From Antedon mediterranea (taxonomy: Eukaryota > Animalia > Echinodermata): a DNA stretch of 64,000 nt. Shown here in pieces: positions 55,247-64,000 of this stretch; positions within the stretch are counted from its first letter, which is position 1; each line of letters starts with the position of its first letter. The stretch is taken from NCBI RefSeq assembly GCF_964355755.1, contig NC_092678.1, positions 8,634,422-8,698,421 on the forward strand, in the 5' to 3' direction. The notes under the pieces are model-generated. The model was not told the DNA's origin. It saw nothing but the letters and a program-made list of their open reading frames with translations, and made no database searches. The translations under genes and the position numbers were made by a program.

Positions 55247-55610
55247 TTATTAATAAACAAATCGCAACAAGATAGCGTTAGTTATAATATTGCGACCGTG
55301 TGATATAAAGCATATTCGTTGTTGACGACGTAATTGAACACTTCTGCACTTAAAAGTACGTTTGTATTGTGCTTATCATGTGCATATAAAGTACCTAATA
55401 TGTCAACCTTAAATATGAATTAATTTGAATTATATAGCGTTATTAATAAACAAATCGCAACAAGATAGCGTTAGTTATAATATTGCGACCGTGTGATATA
55501 AAGCATATTCGTTGTTGACGACGTAATTGAACACTTCTACACTTAAAAGTACGTTTGTATTGTGCTTATCATGTGCATATAAAGTACCTAATATGTCAAT
55601 CTGAAATATT
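54405..55610. repeat. ~192-bp tandem repeat (about 3.5 units), interrupted by a LINE fragment and (TA)n
   Basis: CTTAAAAGTACGTTTGTATTGTGCTTATCATGTGC recurs at ~54406, 54599, 55349 and 55543. Confidence 0.9.
54688..55200 (-). mobile_element. 5'-truncated LINE 3' end with CCHC zinc knuckle
   Basis: CKLCG..SDEDIHHFILNCP motif, 3' UTR and (TAAA)n tail; inserted in a tandem-repeat unit. Confidence 0.7.
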
Positions 55611-56479
55611 AGAGAAGTGCAGTGTCCAATACAGAGAAATCCAGCATAGTATTATGGCTCAAATGTTTATCTATATAGCTTACAGTTTTTAGTGTCATCT
55701 GCGTACATAGGCCTACACCATCAGATTCTATACAATTTATATTTTTTGTGCTAAACCAGAGCAAGATAGCTTACAAACTAATCAAAATACATAAACACAA
55801 CTTATTTGGAAATTTAAGAAAAAGTAAGATTTCTAAGTTAATGTAATTCTTTTTTACCATTATTAACGTCGATTAAATTTAACATTTCAACGTAATTAAT
55901 GGAATTCATTTGCACATACGAAATTGCATTTATGTGTTTGTTATATCTAGACAATATTTAAAAAAAAATAACGTTTTTATTATCATCAAATACCATCAGT
56001 TTCAATAAACAATTGATGAACTTTTATGCTAAAACAGAACGAAGCTAATACCAATTAGCTTAAAATGTTTTTTATTGCGACTTTTTAAAATATTTATTTT
56101 AAATCACTATCATTGTATAGTCGCTCACGACGATTTTCTAGACAAAATGTTTAAAATTTGCCGACTCTTTGTTGTCTCTAGGCGAAACCAGGCCCATAAA
56201 TGTCACAATTAAACGTGAAAAAACCCCGAAATAATATTGGGCCTAACCCTCTAAAAATACTATATACATATTAAAAACAAATTAACAAGGAGTTTGCCAA
56301 AAGGCGTTGGGAAAGGTCAGGAGACAAGAAACTGCAGTTTATTGATAACATTGGAATTATACTTTTATATTTTATTGACCTTTTCCATTATGTTGCTAAT
56401 TAATTCAGGAGAATGAATATGGTGGTTTTTTATTTCAAAGTAAAATTGTACTCAATTAACTTTTCTAGTTCATTATTAA

Positions 56480-57005
56480 AGATGTATTTCCCAAAAAATA
56501 AAAATAAAAAGATTTCGAAAAAAGTGGGTCATTTTGAAGTATCATAATAGTTATTAACTTTCACCAAAACTTAGTCGAAAAAAAATCATTTAACTGAAAT
56601 ACAGACGTTTTTTGGTTTAAAAAATAACTTTGACTTCCAGTCAAAGTTTTCGATCAAAACATATCTCATAATGCAATGCGCTTATTTGGCTACTCTGTGT
56701 GCATAATCATAAAACTTCCTCGCGATCTGTGTATAAACACCTTCTCAACCGTGACGAGTTGTAAACAATCCTAATTAGCATCATGCATAATGTATAGGCC
56801 TACTCATGGTTTGAAATCTTTGTTTAGTTTCGCTCGCGACTATTTTTCAGACGAAATGTAATCAAATTAATTTAGCTGTTAATTACGTAAAATTGTTGTT
56901 TTTTGCTTGAATTTTCGACTTAAAGTGAATACCTTTAATAAAAATTAATTAAAATTTAGTATATTTTGACCTTAATTTTTTTGTTTTTCAAGGGACAATA
57001 CATCT
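56480..57005. mobile_element. Kolobok-like MITE, same family as 53321-53596
   Basis: ttaa|AGATGTATTTCCC ... GGGACAATACATCT|ttaa. Confidence 0.6.
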
Positions 57006-57769
57006 TTAAATTAAAAGGCATGTGTGACCAACCCAATTATAATAAGGTACTATCAGTACACTCATCTTGACCAACTTAATTCACGATCCTTACATACAGT
57101 ATGCAGATCAGAATATTATGTCACTCTTAGATATAATGATAAATAATTACTTTGTGATTTTGAACAAACTTTGAACATAATAAAACGTTGTAACATTAGA
57201 TGACATTTAGAGCGGAATCATGCTGTACAATATGTTGTTACCATTAGTGTTCCGAAAATCTTATTTGGTTAATATGAGCTTTGAAAACAACTAAAAACCA
57301 ACATAAGTAAAGCAATTACTATTTGTAGTTGAACGACCGATGACAACAGTGTTCCGTTTTTTTTGCAAAATTGTATCAAAATAACTTCAAAGAAAAACAA
57401 GGACACATAATAATACAAAGAAAAAAAACCCACTGCTTCACCGATAAGTGGGGTTTTGTTGTTGTTGATGTAGAGTTAATTTGTAGTACTGCAGCAACAT
57501 TTGGCCAATCCAATTTAAACGACCAAAAGTGGGTGACATTTCTGACTCAAAATATACAATGGCACTTTATGTTTTTGTTCATTGTACTCAACGAAATATC
57601 TAACTAGTGTATGTCTTCAACTTTAAAAAAAAAAAAAAAAAAGTAAAGAAACGCTACCACACATGAGAACACTTAACCAAACGGACATAGTAAACAGAAA
57701 AAACGTGTTCTCTTTTTTTAAATCAACAAGTAATGGTCCATATTCCGTCGGTAAGAAACAAGCTGTTAA

Positions 57770-58190
57770 TGACACCGCACAATTTTAACGTTCTTAATGA
57801 TCAGTCGTTCAAAGTCATTTTCGTTCTGAATTTGCTTGGGTTTTTCTTCACCTTTACACAGGGCCCATATCTTGAATCTGTTAGTCCAGGCGCGTTGAAC
57901 TCCATCATGGTGTCTCACTTCCAAAAAAGATTGAAATTTGCTTTTGTCTTCTGAAAAAAAAAAACCGGCACACCCTTCAGTTTGGATTTGGCTGATTGAA
58001 TTAAACCGAACAATTATTGACCTAGTTTTGTCAGTAATAGGACCGATTCGATGAGATACTTCAATATCGTCGGACTTGAAAGTGATACCCATTTTGTCGC
58101 GAATAACCTCCTCCACCAAATCATCAGTTGACTTTTCCGTTAAGGTTAATACGACGTGAATATTTTCTTTCTTCAGCTTATCAACATCTA
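57770..58190 (-). mobile_element. LINE ORF1-like fragment
   Basis: STDDLV.EVIRDKMGI.....DIEVSHRIG......RSIIVRF ... VQRAWT resembles the RRM/CTD of non-LTR ORF1 proteins. Confidence 0.6.
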
Positions 58191-59379
58191 ACTTCAGGGC
58201 CATGATTACACTTGCTTTTATACAGTACCACCGGTTAACTGTTTTCCATATCAGGTTACAATCACAACTGGTAATCTTGGCCAAATTTACTAATTTGCAT
58301 AAATGACGCAGGTGTTTGGTAACCTTATTAAAAGGATTTTGATTTGCATATGGCTGGAACAGCAATAATTAACCTTGCAGTGCTTTCAACGGCGACACAA
58401 TGACAATAGATGCGGTATCATGGGGGTACAATACTCACTGCTAATTTACACCGACAGAGCATTGACCATCATCTTTAAAAGTTTACATGATAAGTCCTAG
58501 ATGCTATTTACAATGATTTATGAAACAGTAGGAAAAAACAAAGATAACTTTCTCTTAGAAACTTAAAGCTTCACTTGTTTTTTTCAATAATGTGTTATTA
58601 CTATTGTTAAATCGGTGTAGTGTAACCAGTTTGTCTATTTTTAACAACAGATATCTTATACTTAGATTACTAACTATTATCATTTTATTGTGATGACATG
58701 CAAGATGATATTAATGTGAATAAAAGTGGTGGTGTATATGCCACAAAAGAGAGAAAAAAACTATTATCATGGTCACTGATTTAGGCCTACAAAAATTGTA
58801 TTTTAAGTAAACTTAGAATACGTATCCTTTACAATACGGTTACAGATTTAATAGATCTGACATCAGACTACGACAAACCAATACTTAATCAGTAGAACTA
58901 TGACGTCTTTTGTTGTTAATTCGCATCTATAACTCAAACTTTTGACAATAACTCTAATCTGTACATTTCTGTTTTTAATTTTAACCATTTTTAATCGTTT
59001 TTAAAAGTATTTTAACCTGGTCTATAGCGTTTTTGCAATTTGATGTACTGTATATCTCTTTATTGTTTTATTGCTTTAACTATGCCAAGCACAGCACCAT
59101 TTTAAAAGGACCAATAAAATGTATTGAATCTTAAATAATCACGCTATTTATATGAGAAGAAACTTCTATGTTTATTATGACACAGTATTTCAATTCATAT
59201 ATTTTAAACAAAACAATAGTTTTAAAAAAGTCCATGCTTAAACACTTGATAAGCACAACAATTATGTGAAACACGAATTACACGCAAGAAAAACAGTTTT
59301 CTTTTTTGTTTTCATTCTTTCGAACTTATAATTCATACGATTTGTGTGCATTGCTTAAAAAGGTACTTTGTTATGTTAT

Positions 59380-59700
59380 TTGTTATGTTTGTTAGTTCAT
59401 TTTTATACTGGGTGACCGCTTCAGTCACAGACTGATCTCACAGAGGGCCCAGTTGGTGATCAGTGGCTGTGATGTACTAATACACCGGGGTAACCCCCTA
59501 CTCGTCTCGAAAGATGTACTAGGTTCTTTAAAGTGCACACGAGCTAGTTGTGTACACTGTACCTACGGTTTATAGTCCTTATCCGAGAAGACTCGTTCTA
59601 CCACCAGAACCATGGAGTGAGTGAGCCTCGAACCCTTGCCGCTGTTATGGCTACGTAATTACGGTTCCACTGTCTTAACCGCTCGGCCACTCACTCACTC
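59380..59700 (-). mobile_element. tRNA-derived SINE with Deu/Nin-like conserved core
   Basis: Minus strand: A box TGGCCGAGCGG, B box GGTTCGAGGC, then GTCTTCTCGGATAAGGACTATAAACCG...TTAAAGAACC...GAGTAGGGGGTTACCCCGGTGT, resembling the Deu/Nin domain from memory. It ends in a simple-repeat tail. Confidence 0.75.
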
Positions 59701-60788
59701 ACTTACGTGTTCGGTATCTGTGTCAAACCTGATAAGTCTACGCTAAATGAGTTTTGACGTGTGGTAAAATAATAGCTTGACGTCTTTAGCAACCACCCCA
59801 TTAATGACACATGATGGTTTAACAATTAAAACAATAAAACGATAATGAATGCAAAATATAAAATCACATTGCTTGGAAAAATTACTGTCAATGTTACTAG
59901 GCTACTATCGGTTTCTGTGTCATGGATGACAGATCTACAAACAATGAAAGGAGTTTCAAATGACGTTTGTAAATAATCTACACGTCTAGAACCTCTGAAA
60001 TAGAAACTGTGTTTTTCACTTAACTTTCCAATCACGCGCGATGAAATTATATAGAAATTAACAATAAAAGATTCACATTATGTATTTTAATTAAATATGT
60101 CACGTCCATCATGTCAAATAATAGGGCACTAAAGCAAAAATCAAACAAAACAAAAACTATTAGGTTCGTTGTCTTGCTGCGTCTAGCTGGAAATACGGTA
60201 TACCAACACAACTGCAGAAAACGCTAATTAAACATAGGCCTACAGCTTATTATGTAAAACATTTAGGTAAGTTATAAATTCCTTTGTTAAATTTTGCGCA
60301 TTATTTGAATTTTTAATTATTAAATATGTTTTTTCTCATAAGACATTCGTCACGGCGAAGGGTGTAGGCATGCGCCTTGTTTTGAAACGTCATATCTTAC
60401 TGTTACTACTTTGTCAAGTAACAAATAACCATTCCACCATGACAGTGGACGATGCTATGATAACCTCATAATTCGTTACAAAGTCACTTTCATTTAAACC
60501 CATCCGACGTCTGTGGCTAAGTATTATGTTTTCTTGATCTACTTTCCATATATATCTAATTATTTGTATTGCTTATAACAGTTTTTCAATTCACAACCGA
60601 TACTAAAATAGTCACGAGTTACTTTCCAATTTAAATTTGAACCAATTATTCAGTTTCTCAATTGAGAGAGACTTGAGAACTTATGATGATCAATCATTGT
60701 AGATAACTTTATTTTCGGTAATATGTTTTTAATATCATAGCCACTGCTATTTAATATTTTTGGTCAACATTTTTCCTGAATTCTCATC

Positions 60789-61242
60789 ATGAATCTTACG
60801 TTTATGGTTACGCTTATGACGCTTGTTACATCTTTTGTGTACGGTAAGTACAGTTGACATATATATTATATATTTATAAGGACCTCAGTTTTTAACAATA
60901 ATTTATAGTTTGAAGGTTTGCAAGGAGGTAATCTTTCTAGAGGAAAAATAAAGAAATCGACTCTTAGGGTAATGTATTAAATCAAACTTTATGATTTTAC
61001 AGGTTATATTATGTTCGTGGCCAACGAGAAACCTCCGGGAATTTACATGTCCAATATAAGTTATAGCGAAAGCAACAATCTAAGTTTTTCATTAGCAATA
61101 CAGAATGTTACATTTAAATATCTCAAGGCTCTTGATTACGATACGAATACCTCAACGTTGTACTGGAGTGATGTCAACAAGGAGACTATTGAACGGTATT
61201 CATTTTTAACAGACCAACATGATGTCTTTCTTTCATCACCAA
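60789..61242 (+). CDS. 5' part (coding exons 1-2) of a secreted/membrane YWTD beta-propeller, LDL-receptor/LRP-family-like protein; further exons not found in the window
   Basis: Exon 60789-60843 encodes a signal-peptide-like MNLTFMVTLMTLVTSFVY ending G|gtaagt. Exon 61003-61242 (tttacag|, ends A|gtaagc) is in frame and contains ALDYD....LYWSDV....IER, an LDLR class B/YWTD repeat. Confidence 0.75.
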
Positions 61243-61939
61243 GTAAGCAACTATTATTACCTAAAACTATATCCCCTGCAATATCAACATCATGTATGTA
61301 GTGGATATTTTGTAAATTCTTACAACTAGATGGTTCTCGAATACATTGTCGTTTACAGAAACGAAATAGACACAATGATTTATGTAGTCAACCAAAATTA
61401 GCACCCAATTTGTGTTTGTATGTAACATTAGGGTTGAGGGATGGGGAAGAGGAACGATGTTTTAATATATTCTATCCACTCAGCAGAAGGACTTTTTATA
61501 TGTACAAAAAGATTGTAATTTTGGTTGATGGTTTTGTTGAAAAAGTTCCAAAATTTGTGAAAATTATGTCTTTTTTAAACATAGATTCTAAACTACGTGG
61601 TGAACTTTTTTTAAATTACATATTCTGGAAGTAGATGAGTTGTAGATATCGAATCATGCATCAATATGGCTAACCGGACATTGTGACGCCATCGTATGGC
61701 CACTCGAATATAAAATATAGGATTTTTGTCTCTTTCGTCATATCGCATCACATTTAATAGAGCGCATCTCCACTTATCCGTATTCCATTTTCCCCCCATT
61801 TTTTTATTGTCTAGGTCAATCAATTATCTTTCACATGATTTACCAGTTTTAAAATGTTGATGACGTCATCATGTTCAAAAGCGTCAATAACTTTGGTCAC
61901 TTATTTTCACCTATTCTGAACTGTATGTAGTACGTATAT

Positions 61940-63010
61940 TCAATTCAAATTTATTAACATTCACCTTAACATCAAGGTATGGTTAACAACAACATTTACA
62001 AAAATAAACAAAGATATTATATGTAAAAAAGCAATAATAAAAGCATTCAATGAACATGTATGTTGCAATAAAGGTCGCTCAGTATCAGGTGGAGGCCTGA
62101 ATAGTCGAGCGCCTTTCAAACGCCGAACATACATAATTCATAACTGGCTTGATGATATAGGGATCATTTGCACCTATAATAAATATAAATTTATCATTTT
62201 GTGACATAATTTTGAAGTTTAGATTAAAATCTAGATCCGAGATCAATGCCGTTCTGATGGCATCATAAATGGGGCAATATAGCATTGAAATGGATCTCAT
62301 CTTCAATATCGCCACCTTTACAAAGAGTAAACAATTTTTGTTTGCATCTGTTTTGGGAATTGTGTAGCAACCTCTCTCGATTTCAAGAGCATGCGCACTA
62401 ACTCTTAGCTTGCTAAACTGACATCTTTTATTTCTTTTATATAAAAACGTATAATTCTCTATACAGAAGGACTTTTTATAATTATGTACAAAAGGATTGT
62501 AATTTTGGTTGATGGTTTTGTATCATATTAAGCCATTGGTTATCATACCTTTTTTGTATTATCGATAAAATATTTAGGTTAAAATTAATGTTTACATTAC
62601 AAGGCCTTTGCCAGATATGTGTTGCCTCGATAGATTCCAGAATACGTCGTATTCCAGAGGACCATGTAAAGCTTTTTTGGCATGCGTACTGTGAGTCTAA
62701 TTTTCTATTCTCTAAAGGGCATCAAAAACCAGTGAATCGATCCCATTGTAACACATGTTATTTAATTTTAACCAGTATTTAATGGAAGAACATAGCAATG
62801 AAATTAGAATTTGATATGAGCCTAATTCTCCTCTAATAGCATGGTTGGATGCTTTTTTGTTTACTCCAAGCATATCTTTGCATATTTTAATATTAATCGA
62901 TTCTCCAGAATATTTATCACATTTATCGATAAAATTATTTTCATTTAAATTTCTTAATAAATAAGGAGCCCATACTTCATTTCCGTAACTCACAATAGGA
63001 TTAATTAAAC
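61940..63010 (-). mobile_element. LINE (CR1-group) ORF2 3' fragment, decayed
   Basis: PIVSYGNEVW, LGVNKKASNHAIRGELG, KLRVSAHALEIERG, CLLC..GDIEDEIHF...CPIYDAIR and a (TTGAA)n tail; lies in an intron of the YWTD gene. Confidence 0.8.
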
Positions 63011-63777
63011 TTAATCATACAGTAGTGTATACTGTATATACCTATACGTCACACAAAATAGAGAGCGCACTGACATTTTTTCAATGGCATTATCGTTTTT
63101 CTGTGTACAATATTCTAACGTATGACGTTCACGTGGCGTTTGCGCTGCGGATAACCTAACTCGTCCGTAGTGACGAGTTCAAATCTAGTTTATATTATAA
63201 CTAACAGTACCAACACTCACAATGAGAAATTTGCGATTCAAATCAAATCAAAAATGGTTAATACATATTTACAGTACTAGAGGGTGAGCTCGTTTCGCTC
63301 GCTTCCCCTCTAGGATGGTTCTCGGAATGCATGATAATGACTCGGGTAAAAAGATTTACGTTCTCCTTGTACGTTTTCTGTCGTTTACCATTATTGAAAA
63401 TGCTTGACATTCGTAAAACTAAACGTAATTTGTTTCACAGTGTCTTAGATGATTAATAACATTTTAAAGTATAGTTGTTATTGTTTGGTAGGGCCCTTAT
63501 TGGGCGGAGGTGGGGAGACGTAAATTTATATATATAGATGAGACATCATGTAAGAACGCGTCATTCACACAATCCACAATTACAATATTCAACAGTATAC
63601 CAAAAGAAGTGGGTGCTTGTCAGTTTGGTAACCATTTAAATGTACAGTAGGCCTACATACTTGCTAGACAACATTCATAAACAAAAACAATTATGTACAC
63701 AAAAAAAACAAACATGTGTCGTCCACGACCGGTCACCTTGCGGGGAATAGGGAGGAATTTATAAGCGCGACCACGCT

Positions 63778-64000
63778 AAATGACATTAAAGCTGCAAAGG
63801 ATTTACTATGTGCGTGTGTCCCCGATAAGGAAAATAATGTGCACAAACCAAGACGAAAAGGTGATATTATAGTAACTGACATGCTCAGTTACCTGGTAAA
63901 TTGTGATGCATCGTCTTTGCCTACTTTCACAGCTGCAAATCTGTCTAAAATCCCATTTGTAGATGTGGAACACATTGATGCAACTTTGCTGCTCAGAGAG
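63778..64000 (+). mobile_element. LINE ORF1 N-terminal fragment running off the window edge
   Basis: DIKAAKDLL...RRKG....DML......LPTFTAANLSKIPFVDVEHIDATLLLRE resembles CR1-group/Daphne-type ORF1. Confidence 0.55.

Noticed and set aside
59635-59700. Possible tRNA gene (A and B boxes)
   Set aside because: No convincing cloverleaf; it continues directly into a SINE core and tail.

Overview
This is AT-rich, intron-containing animal genomic DNA from a marine-invertebrate-like genome; an echinoderm is a guess based on repeat style. It is not prokaryotic, and no CRISPR, rRNA or intact tRNA gene is seen. Host genes are two tandem minus-strand paralogs of a fold-type II PLP enzyme (serine/threonine dehydratase / serine-racemase family). 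They have six identically sized exons each (2872-6889 and 39234-46619). An intact Crypton-type tyrosine-recombinase (DUF3504-like) ORF that has lost its catalytic His and Tyr lies about 1 kb upstream of the second paralog (47641-48939). The first two coding exons of a secreted YWTD/LDL-receptor-family protein are at 60789-61242. The top observation is that the Crypton ORF has a phase-0 splice donor just before its stop codon, matching the phase-0 acceptor of the dehydratase's first coding exon. This predicts a 751-aa dead-recombinase/PLP-enzyme fusion. The other paralog lacks the ATG in that exon and carries active-site changes, including Cys at the racemase re-face position. The ~32 kb between the paralogs is largely transposon-derived. 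It holds four large fold-back Academ-like elements, a decayed non-RD kinase, MITEs, Helentron-like repeats, and SINE and LINE fragments.
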